Shown: positions 49,040 through 61,357, counted from the first letter of the stretch. The stretch is DNA of 64,000 bases from Octopus sinensis (GCF_006345805.1 NC_043026.1:3038001-3102000); one strand, 5' to 3'. Notes: generated from the letters alone by a model not told the origin. Translations and numbers: made by a program.

Positions 49040-49800
49040 TTCAGGGTGTGATGGGTAAATTGTCACCATTTTATATTTTTAATTTTGGGCATGCTCATTC
49101 ATTGGTTTTGATTTTGTCAGTTACACAGTATAGTAGGGTCAGTTGGGCACCATCTGTGAGAACAATACCATCATGACACAATTCACTCTGCCAGAAATTT
49201 GGAAATGACATTCTGTACTGCTTGGTATTTGCACTGGAAGCTCCAATATGAACAGTTCAGAGAGTTTGTGTGTCAATCTGAGGACAGTGCTGGGGATTTG
49301 GGTCTAATGGTGATTATGAAGGTACAGTAGCCCAGAAAACTCACTCTGATCTTTCTGATAATAAAAGAACACACAGTTCCAGGCCATGATTGACAATGAT
49401 CCCTCCAAGTCAATCAGGTCCATCACCAGGGACATGGGAGAGTCTGAGTTTCTTATCAGGCAGAAGAGGTGCATGAAGACATTCGGTATCCTTCATACAA
49501 GATGGGAAAGGGCCAATTTTTATCCCAAGCCATCGAGGACAAGAGGAAAGACCATGCTATGAAGCTTTGAACAAACTTAAGAATCCCCTCCATCTGAACA
49601 TGATTTGATTTTTCTCAGACAAGAAATTTCTGCCAGGATCAGATGGTGAGCACACAGAACAACCATTGGCTTACCATGTCCCCAAAACCTGTACTGAGAC
49701 TGATATAAATCAAACATCCAGTCAACATCATGGTGTTTGGAGAGATCACTAGTGATGGTGATGTTATGCCACCATTAATCTTCCCACATGAACATGCTCT
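49040..49800 (+). pseudogene. mariner-like element remnant
   Basis: TA-TTCAGGGTG start; SIRSITRDMGESEFLIRQ..KHPVNIMVFGEITSDGDVMPPLIFPH. Confidence 0.7.
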
Positions 49801-50162
49801 TGATTGAGTTGCAGCTCTGCCATGCATTCATGCTACTTGAAACATTGCATACAGCCCATTGCCTCATTGCTGTAAGCTTGCCAAAGAAATGCTCAATGTC
49901 TTTGTAGCAGATTTCCCAAGTTTAACGCAAAATTTCCCATTGGCTCTTTGTTCCAACTTCCTGTCCATGACAAAATTCACAGATTACAGCGGACACACAT
50001 GGTTACAAACACACAAATTTCACAACTCGTGAAGTAAACACACTGATGTCACTCAGCACACTGCTTCATGAAGGTCCCCCACCAGCTCTCACTGTGCGCG
50101 CAACTGTGTGCTGCCATCTGTTGGCACACTACAGAACTAGTCCAGGAAATTTCTTATACCAC

Positions 50163-50197
<35 letters not shown>

Positions 50198-50429
50198 ATA
50201 AATATTAGGGAATAAATCCAAATTTACAGGGAAAAAAATCAGATTTAGGTTTAAATCCAATTTTATAGTAAAATATTATAAAATATTATTAGAGACAAAA
50301 CCACTATTTTGCAAAACAAACAAGGAAAGACTTAATCAATACATAAAATTTTAATAAATAGTCAAAAAAACCGCCACTACAATTGTTTCTTGTCTTGACT
50401 TCATAATTTGAAACTGACTTATTGGAAGT

Positions 50430-50472
50430 CCACCTGAAGATTGTCGATCAAGACAAGGAAACAATGTAGTGG
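50430..50472 (+). ncRNA. type I hammerhead ribozyme candidate (family E); predicted cleavage after 50468 (GUA)
   Basis: CCAC-CTGAAGA-TTGTC-GATCAA-GACAA-G-GAAA-CAATG-TA-GTGG; the inverted copy at 50375-50398 reads GAAACAATTGTAGTGG. Confidence 0.7.
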
Positions 50473-50571
50473 CGGTTTTTTTTTGACTATTTATTAAAAT
50501 TTATGTATTGATTAAGTTTTCCTTGTTTGTTTTGCAAAATAGTGGTTTTGTCTCGAATAATATTTTTATTA

Positions 50572-50616
<45 letters not shown>

Positions 50617-50784
50617 TATATATATACACACACAATACATATATATGTATAAGAGTAATGGTGTCAGGTAATGCTGATACACAGCTTGGTTTATTTATTT
50701 CATTATATATATATATATATGTATGTATGTATATATATGTATATGTATATATATTATTTAAAGCACCAGAAAATTCAACAAAAC

Positions 50785-50822
50785 CTGTTACTCTGAGTTT
50801 CACGTTGCCGTTCATCGGACAG
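50785..50822 (-). ncRNA. hammerhead-like fold, U4C core variant (family F)
   Basis: CTGT-CCGATGA-ACG-GCAA-CGT-GAAA-CTCAGAG-TA-ACAG: perfect stem I, GNRA-capped stem II. Confidence 0.6.
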
Positions 50823-50906
50823 TTTTTGCATATTACTCTACCACTGGTATTGAGTACTCTTTTTTCCACCTTGTTTCACATTTATGTGTTTACTCCGGTA
50901 TGTATA

Positions 50907-50992
<86 letters not shown>

Positions 50993-51039
50993 GTAATATA
51001 TATATATATATATATATACATATATATAATATATATATA

Positions 51040-51090
<51 letters not shown>

Positions 51091-51148
51091 ATATATATAT
51101 ATACATATACACACATATAAATATATATATATTACACCACACACAACA

Positions 51149-51183
<35 letters not shown>

Positions 51184-51199
51184 GTGTATATATATATAT

Positions 51200-51236
<37 letters not shown>

Positions 51237-51344
51237 ACATATATATAATATATATGTATATATATAATATATAGTGTGTGGGGTGTATATGTATATATTA
51301 ATATATATATATATATACATATATTTACAACATATATATATATA

Positions 51345-51658
51345 TAGTACAGGTGCACAAACGTTTTTGTCTGTGTCATTGACTTCACTAGAAATCTCTC
51401 CTATTCTTTCTTCCTTTAGTCTGGTATTATCTCTGAATTCTCTTTGGATATTTGTTTTGCTACTGCTCTTTCTATTTTTCTGCTTTTCACTGGAAATAGA
51501 AGGGCAAACCACTGGAAAGAGCAGAACCAAAACAAATATCCAAAAAGAATTCAGAGATTATACCAGACCAAAGGAAGAAAGAATAGGAGAGATTTCTAGT
51601 GAAGTCAATGACACAACAAATAATAGACACAGACAAAAACGTCTGTGCACCTGTGCTA
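51345..51658. repeat. fold-back element or MITE with arms 51345-51472 and 51515-51658
   Basis: Arms are reverse complements with few mismatches and one 16-nt indel; TA-CAGGTG...CACCTG ends. Confidence 0.8.
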
Positions 51659-52380
51659 GAGATAAATTTTTTGCCTGTTGGACTCAAGATGTCAAACTAA
51701 GAACCTGCTCTATAAATGCTAAGTTACCTTAGAGAGAAGAAAATACTTTTATATAGGGGCCAGTTCTCTTTTTTTCAGACAAATTCTTTAAGAGGTAGGA
51801 AAAAAATAAAGAATACAAGCCTAAAGAAACTAATTTGGCCAATTAGAGACAGAAACAACAGCTATTGTATTGATTGGGGACTAATTAGTACTCCTAAGTA
51901 GGATATAGATATGACATATGCTTAGAAGAGCTTTACCAAATATTTACATCACACCACATTAATACAAGACACAAACAAGCTCTAAGATGTTTATGCAAAC
52001 ATGGTAATACATTTGAGAGATATAGGGCTAATTCTACATTGCAGCAATGCCCTCCTCCAATCAGACAGGTGTGATAAGTGTGGTGAAAAGGAGCGTAACA
52101 GAACAAGGAAAAGAATTAGAAGTGTAATTTGGTCTTACCTGTAGAGATGAAGCCGGATTCGCCTTGAGCCAACTTGCTAGCGTCTTGTCCTCTTGGCGTC
52201 GTTCTCGAGTCTCTGCCCTGGTTGATGTCGCACGTGCGTTCTGTCTCTCACTTCCGCTTCCGCCGGCGCATGCGCCCTGCGAGACCTGCAAGACCCACTT
52301 CCGCTCCCTCCATCTCTGTCACACTCCCTCATCACCACACCACACGCCCCCCTGATCTATAGATCACTGAACCGGCTTCC

Positions 52381-55300
52381 TCACTCGCTCCCGCACCTGA
52401 GACTGGTTTCGTAGTCAGCCAACCAGGGAGGAGGGTGCCGCTCCCTCTGTGGTCGCAGTGCGACCCTAGGACTTGTTTCTGGCGTGTTGCTGCTGACCTC
52501 GTCATCCTGTCTGTTGTTATCGTCTTGCCCACTGTTGCTTGTCCCATCCTCCGGGGCATGGACAATCCTCCGTATGTCCAAAACGTGGCGTGGCATACCA
52601 TCTACCGAGATGTTATTCTTTGAATTTACGGAGGTTATAGTCCCCTTTCCCCATTGCGATGTACACCGTGCGTTCGGAGGTTTCACCCAGACTTCCTCCC
52701 CGACCTGTACGAAGGCGTGCTCTTCCTCTGCCCCGGGTCGCATTGATGTAGTACACGGATGCCTCCACTCGTACCTGAATATTGCCCTGTGTGGCACCGA
52801 CTCCTCGGCCTGTCCTGATCTGGGCGACATGTTGTACCAAAACACGGCCTCGACTGGTGAAATGTGACCCCTCTCTGCCAGGCCTTGATGGTACGATGAT
52901 GCCTTTCCACCACCCCGTTTCCACTTGGCGGTATGCCGCCCTGAAGAAGCGGTTGACCTTCCACTCATCAAGCATTTCTCTCAGCGCCTCCGAGCGAAAT
53001 GCAGTGCCGTTGTCCAGAAGCAGTTCATCCACGGGGCCTCGTTCCAGGAATATCTCGTTCAGCACTTTCGCAATTTCTTCTGCGGTTCCTGACCTCATCT
53101 CCCTCCATATGGCGAACCGCCCCGGTCCGCAGTCAACCATTGAGAGGTAGGTCCCCTGCCGGTAGTGTGTTATGTCCACCGCCAGTCGTCTCCAGTCCTG
53201 GTCCACTGGAATACTTCCCGCTTGCACGACCGGAGCAGGGTCGATGGACTGGCACCTGTCACAACTGCTAACCACTCTCCGCACGCTCTGTCTTGTTACG
53301 TCGGAGTCGACTTTTCTGGCCAGGAACAACGTCCTGTCCACACCCATGTGATGCATGGTGTGCAGTCTCGCAACTCCGAGTCGCTCAGATGGCATACTGC
53401 AGCTACATCCTGCTTCGCGTCCTCTGGCACTTGCAACCAGGCTCGCTTAACCCTGGTCAGGACGTCTGCCCTGTTCTTCTCGGAAGGCACAAAGATCACG
53501 CTCAGCTTCAGATTGAACTCAGTGGTCAGTTCACGCAGTATCCCCAATCGACGCTTTACCAGCATCTCTGCAGCCCCTTTGGTCCGCACCCTCCGCTCAT
53601 CGGTGATGACTGCTGTCGCCCAACCAAGTACAGTGGCCGAATCAGTCCTGATTTCTATGGTGTGCAACCCGCACTTCAAGGCTAGGTTCACCCCCTTCAG
53701 CACGGCTTCCAACTCCGCCACGTTGATGTGACTGCAGTCATCCATCTTCCTGAGCCAGGCTGCATCTTCCACCGTGACACCTCCCACTTCCAAGACAATC
53801 CCTATTGCGATGCTACTGGCGTCACACCATACGATCCCGCTCTTTGATTTGGGAACGTACCAGCTGCCCCTCACCGGGTCCTCTGTTCTTACTCTGACCA
53901 GGACTTCCTGCATCATGTCGATCGTCCTCTCCCCCACTTTATCATTCCACTTCACTCCTTCGGCTCGTCTCTTGATGAAGCTGCATGCTGTCCGGAGCCA
54001 GCCTGCAATCGGGTAGTGTCCCACCAGCTTCCCACACACAGAGAACAGCTCCCGTCTACTCATGCTGGCGCCCGTCAGGGATCTCATTCCCTTGCCGGAA
54101 CACCAAGGCGCCGGCTTTGTCTCTCCATAGCTTGAGGCCCAGTGCAGCACCTCCCTCCATAGCCTCTGGCGGCTTGGCAATCAGTCCAAAACTCTTCAGG
54201 TGGCCTATGACCTCCGTTGCTGGTATCACGGTTTCATCCACCAGAATGTCGTCGATGTATGAATTGGTGGCCTTTTTACTCTGTCCACCTTCCCCAGGAC
54301 GGCCTTGAGAATTGTTGCCATAATCTTTGGAGCTGAATTCAGCCCGAATCCCAACCTGGTCAGACAGTACGTCCGGCCCCTATACCTGACGAGCTGGTAC
54401 CTCCATAGTTTCTCAGCCACATGAACCTGAAGGTATGCCGACTTCAAATCGACAATCGTGGAGGCCCCCGCCGTCTGCCTCCACTCTCGCAAGGTGTCTC
54501 CGCAGACATCCGTGGCCTCGCCGCCTGTATGACACGACACGTGGTCATTCAGCTCTCGGAAGTCGAGCACTGGCCTGACCTTACGTTTTGTGGGCTGTAT
54601 CACCGCCATCAGTGGCAGGACTCCGCTCTCTTCTTTTTCCCAGGGGATCAGTATGCCCTCCTTAATCCACCGCTCCACCTCCCCCTCGAACTCACTTCTG
54701 GCATCTCCTTTTAGAGTATGCTGATAGCAGCCCACTTTGTTTGTAACATCGGGGGCTCTCCTCCAGTGCCACTCCACTGTCCACTCTCGCCATCAAAGAC
54801 AGCCCGAAAATCCTGGTCTTCAATGGTGTGCGCCGCATCCATTTCCTCACGGTTGTCGTCGGTGTGTGGTGTCGCCCTACACGGCTCCCTGCTAGCCCAA
54901 ACGTACGCCAGCCTCGTTGACGGTAACACACTCCCAGACGGGTGATCGCATCCATCCCCATCACCACGTCGATTTCGTCCACCAAGTGACCGACCACAAT
55001 CGCTCGCAACGTCAGCTGAAGTCCCTGCACCACGATCTGCGCATCCGTAACCCCTTCGCAGTGCACTTCTCTTCCGTCGACTGCCCTGACACTGCTTCCT
55101 CCACTCCACGTCTCTGCCACTTCTGTGGTCATCAGGGTCGTCGTACAGCCCGTGTCCACCAGGGCTCGCGACATCTTCCCCTTCACCAGAATGTCGACCA
55201 CAGGTAACGATGAGAAACGCGCCGCTACTAATCCAAAGGGACAACTACCGGCCGCAGTAGTCTCCCGCGGTCCGTTTCCCCGCAGACACTCGCTGGCCAC
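52381..55300 (-). CDS. pol: Gypsy pol (protease, RT, RNase H, integrase) split by several frameshifts
   Basis: ALVDTGC (55148-55156); VRPVLDFRELN, VDLKSAY, YIDD (54248-54259); WCDASS..HINVAELEAV..RTDS; HHMG..CDRC, AVDITH, DNGTAF, NGVVERHHRTIK. Confidence 0.9.
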
Positions 55301-55327
55301 ATGCCCGGCTCCGGCACCGGTAGCAAA

Positions 55328-55979
55328 TCACCTCGGGCTGGGCGACGCGCAGTCACGGACCATGTGTGGGCCCTGGCACCGGAAACACTGTCCCTTAAAC
55401 GACCGCACGCGTTCTTTCCCCAGCCCCTCTCCGTTGCTCCTAGCTGGGCCACTTTTCGACGTTGCAGTCGCTGCTACCGACGTCGACCTGCTGCACGACA
55501 CCAGTACACGTGCCCGCGATATAATCTCGGCCATCAGCATCGAACGCACGTTCGGGAGCTTCTGTAGCTCGACCGACATGATGTCGGGAAAGCCGGTCAC
55601 GAACGCTAACCTGACCGTGCGTTCTAGCGACTCTCCCTCATATCCCGCAAGTTTTGCCAACCTTCTAAGCTCGCCGGTGAACACGTCCATCTGCTGTCCT
55701 GTCCACCTCATCCTACCCAGTCGAGTGTACGCTTCGAACATTCCTTCCGCGAAGGCCTCCATAAGTCGGATCTCCACCTTGTCCGCGCTGCGTTGGTCCG
55801 CTTCCTCCATCTCCAGATATAACGCCAACGCCGGGCCATCCAAATACAACGGCATAAAACTAGCCAGGTCAGCTATGCCGTGTAGCTTCGCCACCAACTT
55901 CACCTCCTCAACCAAGCGACCACGGGGTGTCGCCGCAAAACGGTGTTATAGGGTCGCGTGAAATCATAGCAGTCTGCAT
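55328..55979 (-). CDS. gag: Gypsy gag (frameshifted near the 5' end)
   Basis: ATG at 55979; VKLVAKLHGIADLASFMPLYLDGPALALY..; knuckle CFRCQGPHMVRDC. Confidence 0.8.
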
Positions 55980-56307
55980 AATTTTTATTTTTTATTTTCA
56001 CGAAACCGAGTGATTATTTGGCCGAAATAGCTTGTGATAAGTGTGGTGAAAAGGAGCGTAACAGAACAAGGAAAAGAATTAGAAGTGTAATTTGGTCTTA
56101 CCTGTAGAGATGAAGCCAGATTCGCCTTGAGCCAACTTGCTAGCGTCTTGTCCTCTTGGCGTCGTTCTCGAGTCTCTGCCCTGGTTGATGTCGCACGTGC
56201 GTTCTGTCTCTCACTTCCGCTTCCGCCGGCGCATGCGCCCTGCGAGACCTGCAAGACCCACTTCCGCTCCCTCCATCTCTGTCACACTCCCTCATCACCA
56301 CACCACA

Positions 56308-56820
56308 ACAGGCAAGACAGTTTTCCTTTGCCTCATGGCTGTGGTGGAAGAGGTTGTTTGGTGGACAAGACTGAAAGGCTTGAGGACAGATACAATCCTC
56401 TCATTGACCTCTTCAAGTTCCACTTGAAAAGGAAATTCGGAGTGGAGAGGGAAGTGCTGTCCTCGAGTGAGTTTATCAAGAGGTGAGTGAATGTTGCAAG
56501 AATAGCAACAGTGGATGGTGCCTCCGAAAGTGTAAACCTGTGAGTCGGAGAGAAGGAATTGGAGAGGGTACTTGCTCCTGGGGTTTTAGGGAAATCTTGG
56601 ACAGTAGAGGTCCTTGATTATCCTTAGAGGCCTTCCTGAATCAGGAGGGCCATGTCTCTATCATCCTCCCTCTTTTTTTATCTTTGTATGTTGTGCATAT
56701 GTCCCTTCTTCTCCAATCTATACTTTATTTTGTTATTATCCTTTCATTACACCCCACCCTTTTTGTCTGTCTCTCTATTGTCCACCCACCTCATCCTTCA
56801 CCCTTCTGGCAAATAAATGA
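56308..56820 (+). pseudogene. 3' end of an L1/Tx1-like LINE interrupted by the Gypsy insertion
   Basis: VVWWTRLKGLRTDT..LFKFHLKRKFGVEREVLSSSEFIKR*VNVAR; pyrimidine-rich UTR ending CCCTTCTGGCAAATAAA. Confidence 0.6.
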
Positions 56821-57085
56821 AATTATTATTATTGTTATCATCATCACCATCATCATCAAATATGGTGGTGAGCTGGCAGAATTGTTAGCATGTTGGACAA
56901 AATGCCTAGTGGCATTTCACTTGTCGCAATGTTCTGAGTTCAAACCAAGGTCAACTTTGCCTTTCATCCTTTCGTGGTTGATAAATTAAGCACCAGTGAA
57001 ACACTGGGGTCAATTTAATTGATTCATCCCCTCACCAAAAATGGTTGCACTTTTGTAAAATTTGAAACTGGTATTATTATTGTTA

Positions 57086-57122
<37 letters not shown>

Positions 57123-57124
57123 TT

Positions 57125-57605
57125 ATGGTCTTTGCACAGCTTCAAATGCTGGAGATGTATTATGGTGTCAGCTGTTCACTACCAGTGAACTAAGGTAACA
57201 CCCCTTATTTTTCAAGCACCTTCCGGAATATTCGAGTAGTTCCAAGCAATGCTGTTTTCTGCAAGTGCTCCACCCTTATTGCAGCTCCTATTTGTTCCAC
57301 GTACTTCTCGAGATTTTTACCCAGTTCCCAAGGCTCCGATTACTGCTACCTTTTTCATCGACCACAACTGCTTAACTTCCGAAGCTAACTTGTCGAATCT
57401 CTCGACATTTCTTCCTTCCTTATCACATACCTTGTTGTCAGTTGGGCATGCTATGTCTATGATCCAGCATTGTTTGTTTTCTTTCTCAATTAAGACTATG
57501 TCAGGCTCCCTATTCTCTATCTCATGGTTGCACTGAATCATAAAATCCCATAGGATTTTTGCATTACTACTTTCAACAATGTCTTCAGGTTTCTGGTTGT
57601 ACCAA
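57125..57605 (-). pseudogene. R4/Dong-like non-LTR element, restriction-like endonuclease C-terminus, within (ATT)n
   Basis: ILWDFMIQCNHEIENREPDIVLIEK..IIDIACP.D..K..WSMKKVAVIGALG (PD..D-type REL); ATT repeats on both sides. Confidence 0.8.
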
Positions 57606-59371
57606 TTTTTATTATTATTATTATATTACGGAGATGTACTTGCATAGCAAGTGACTTGATTGGAGATTGTGTGCTGAAATAAAAACAATTGCAGCGTGGA
57701 AGGTGTTTATAAGCCATTTAAGAAACACACAAAAACCATTCAACATTTAAATTTAATTTGCCAAAATATTTTTGTCACTTTGAGACCGCAACCTGTTCAC
57801 TGATAAAATTCCATGCTGCATATTATTATTATTATCATTATTATTATATGTATGTATACACACACACACACATGCACACATACACATACATATATACACA
57901 CTGATGTACCTGTACATACACACACACACACACATATATATACATATACACATGCATACATATGCATGAGTGTACACACACATATTTACACACACAAGCA
58001 TAATACACACATGCATACACACATACACGTACACATAAACTCATGCACATATACATAATCACAGATATATTCACATACATACATACTTACAAACATACAC
58101 ACATACACACATACACACATACACACATACAAATATACGAACAAACATACATACAAACACACACACATACAAACATACACACATACGCACACACATACAT
58201 ACACACATACACACATACGAACATACACACATACACACACACAAACATACACACATACAAGCATACACACACATACATACACACATACAAACATACAAAC
58301 ACACACATACACACACACACACATACACACACACAAACATACACACATTACACACCTATAAACACAACACAAAACATACAAAATACACAAATACGCCCAC
58401 CACAAACATACACACATACACACCACCCACACCAACACACCACACACAAACACCACAACACACCACACACACACACACACACATACACCGGTGCTTTCAT
58501 TCAGCAATCACTCAAGCATTGTTTGCCATAATATTTCTGTAGAACTGTATACAGAACAAAACAAAACAGACAGACAGACAGACAGACAGGCAGGCAGACA
58601 GGCAGAGAGACACACAGACAGACACTCTGCTGCTCCTTAAGAGGCATCTTGGAACTGCAACAGGTGTTCTATGCTAAACACTTCTTAGCCTTAAACCTGA
58701 TATCCGGGCTCGCTTTCATTGTGTTTGTTATTGTTGTTGGTGTTTTTCCCTGTTCTTATCGTGATTCTTGTTGCTGTTAATGTTGTTTTGCGTGTGTGTA
58801 TATAAATATATAATTATAATTATTATCATAACAACTATTGCTGTTGATAATGTTCGTTTTGTTAACGTAGATGCTATTTTTATAATTATTTTATATGCAT
58901 GTATGTTTATGCGTGTATGTGTATATGTGTGTGTGTGCGTGCGTGCGTGTGTGTGTTAGCATATATATAAGTACAGGTGTGGCTGTGTGGTAAGAATCTC
59001 GCTTCCCAACCACAAGGCTCTGGGTTCAATCCTGCTGTGTGACACTTTGGGCAAGTGTCTTCTACTATAGCCGTGGGTTGACTGAAGCCTTATGACTGGA
59101 TTTGGTAAACGGAAACTGAAAGAAGCCTCTCACACACACACACACATATATGTTTGTATATATCTATGTGTGTCTGTGTTTGTCTCCCACCACAACCGGT
59201 GTTGATGTGTTTACGTTCCTGAATCTTAGCAGTTTGGAAGAAGGAACTGATAGGAAAAGTTCCAGGCTTAACAAAAATAAGTGCTATTGTTACACATTCA
59301 TGTCTATGCGTATACGTAGGTATACGTGTGTAGAATACATCCCCACTATTGGCACTATTTTGTTAGTAAAC

Positions 59372-59502
59372 AGTATGACGAGGCCTATGGTTATATATAA
59401 GTACCCTATTTTTAAATGCCTACAACCTCAATATAACTGACAACTATAGGCAATAAAAATAAAAATAAGTGTTTTTAACCATAGGCTGAAACAGCTGTAA
59501 GG
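59372..59502 (+). ncRNA. hammerhead-like relic with a long stem II insert
   Basis: aTGACGA-GGCCTATGGTTA..82 nt..TAACCATAGGCT-GAAA-CAGCTG-TA-AGG; 12-bp stem II, palindrome ACAGCTGT; C3 and stem I damaged. Confidence 0.5.
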
Positions 59503-59855
59503 AGTGATTTTAATGATTTCAATATTTTATATTATGATTTTTATAATTTGTATTCTTATCTTATATGTATTGAATTACAATGTATGTATGTATACTATTA
59601 AGGTTCTCATTTTTGTTAAATGAATAAATAAGTGAACATTCTAATATCCGAAAGCTGATGAGCCAACTAAACTGTTTCTCCATCTTCTTATTTGTATTAT
59701 ATATATATATATATCTAATATAATATGTGACAATTATTTAGTTGCCATAATAAAACTCCAAATAATTGTCACATATTAATATTAATATAAATTCCTCTAT
59801 TTACGTAATATCGAAGTCTCATTCATTCTTTTGTTGTCAAACCATTACTATTAAT

Positions 59856-59887
<32 letters not shown>

Positions 59888-59931
59888 ATACATATATATT
59901 CAATACACACACCAAACACACACACAAACAC

Positions 59932-59978
<47 letters not shown>

Positions 59979-60061
59979 ATGATATATATAGATAGATCGA
60001 TAGATAGATAGATAACTTAAGAAATGGAGTCAAATGCAGATATTATTCAAATCTTTTATAC

Positions 60062-60147
60062 TTCCAACATATGTTTCGAGGAAAACATTGATATTATTCC
60101 GGAGGGAATAATGTGATGTAAAACAATGCAATCATCTCATCAGGGAA
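60062..60147 (-). ncRNA. type I hammerhead ribozyme candidate; predicted cleavage after 60066 (GUU)
   Basis: TTCC-CTGATGA-G..(CATTG/CAATG; TTATTCC-CTCC-GGAATAA)..C-GAAA-CATATG-TT-GGAA; palindrome ACATATGT. Confidence 0.72.
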
Positions 60148-60399
60148 AAAAGAGAAACAAAACACATCAATAAGCCATTTTAACCGAATGTGATGACCAC
60201 GCATATGATGAAGAGGAATGCTGGCAAGTTATATTTTAAACAAACATTAATAGATTTAACATGAAAAGCAATTTAGAAAACGAGAAGGAGGAGAAAGAAA
60301 GAAATTAACAGAAAATTAAGAGTGGAGAAATATAGCGTGATAGACGAAAGGGAATAAAGCTTAAAGACCTGGAAATATAAGTAGTGGAAATGAAATGTA

Positions 60400-60690
60400 A
60401 GAAGACAGTTAAAGGCTGGATTTTATAGATTGGTTTACAACAATAAACGTGTTCTTTAAATGTGTTTACAAGAGAATTCTCTGAGAACAGGATGAAAAAT
60501 TGTTCTTCATCACAGAGCGAACAAAAAGATTTACCTTTATCATATGGGAAGGATCTAGATAGAATATTCGATTCCAAATCAAATTGTTTATTATGTTCCT
60601 TCAGAGAACAATAATGGATTATTGACATAGAAGGTTGTGAGTTTTTACCATATTGAAGTTCAATAAACTGAAAGAAGTTACTTTATAGTT
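60400..60690 (-). pseudogene. Penelope-like GIY-YIG C-terminal remnant
   Basis: SLKEHNKQFDLESNILSRSFPYDKGKSFCSLCDEEQFFILFSENSLVN. Confidence 0.7.
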
Positions 60691-60762
60691 CATGCTTAGC
60701 AACTGGGGTTGCTATGTAAGCAACTAAAAATCCAAATTTAGGGAATGGAGCAGGTAAAATCC

Positions 60763-60847
60763 AGATTACATATGTTTTCTAGCTAGCAGAACTTCAGAAG
60801 TAGGGATTATCCAAACAAGGGGTAACCTGCTAGCTACTCATCAGGCC
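60763..60847 (-). ncRNA. decayed hammerhead-like fold
   Basis: GGC-CTGATGAG-TAGCTAGCAG...CTGCTAGCTA-GAAAACATATGT-A; perfect 10-bp stem II; stem I weak. Confidence 0.5.
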
Positions 60848-61229
60848 AAAGATACCTTAATCAAATAAAGGTTACATTGTTATCAAGGGGTCCCATATTA
60901 CTCACAGGAGATTTGACAAAAACATGACCTACCTGTGAGAATGTTGCAATCATAATCATAAGCTTGTGTGTTCGATTACAGACTGGGAGACAGGTAGGTT
61001 GTTTTCTTGTGCAAAACACTTCATCTCATGTTGCTCTCTGATTACTATGACAACTGTCATGTGGCACAGTGTGCACCTGTACATCATGTTGCCTGGTAGA
61101 GGGTGTGAGCTAATTAATGTGTAGCACGGACATTTGATCACTATCAATGAATCATCTGTGCAGGTTATTCAGGATGAAATAATAGACAATCTTTTTAGGA
61201 CATGAGAGGTGATCACTGAGCTCTCTCTC

Positions 61230-61287
<58 letters not shown>

Positions 61288-61288
61288 G

Positions 61289-61357
<69 letters not shown>

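Larger units (their letters stand above)
52070..56307 (-). mobile_element. young full-length Ty3/Gypsy-like LTR retrotransposon (4238 bp)
   Basis: LTRs 56033-56307 and 52070-52344 (275 bp, TG..CA, one mismatch); TSD ACAGG at 52065-52069 and 56308-56312; PPT AGGGGGGCG; domain order gag-PR-RT-RH-IN. Confidence 0.95.

Noticed and set aside
52484-55961. Plus-strand ORFs of 90-278 aa across the LTR element, and 44417-44947 antisense to the RTE
   Set aside because: Antisense shadows of GC-rich retroelement coding sequence with no recognisable motifs.
57760-57810. Hairpin plus AAAATATTT in a repeat resembling the PLE-derived families
   Set aside because: No CUGANGA-like core could be placed; left unannotated.
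59648-59680. GAAAG-CTGATGAG...GTTTC
   Set aside because: Core halves are in an order and orientation that cannot be closed with stems on either strand.
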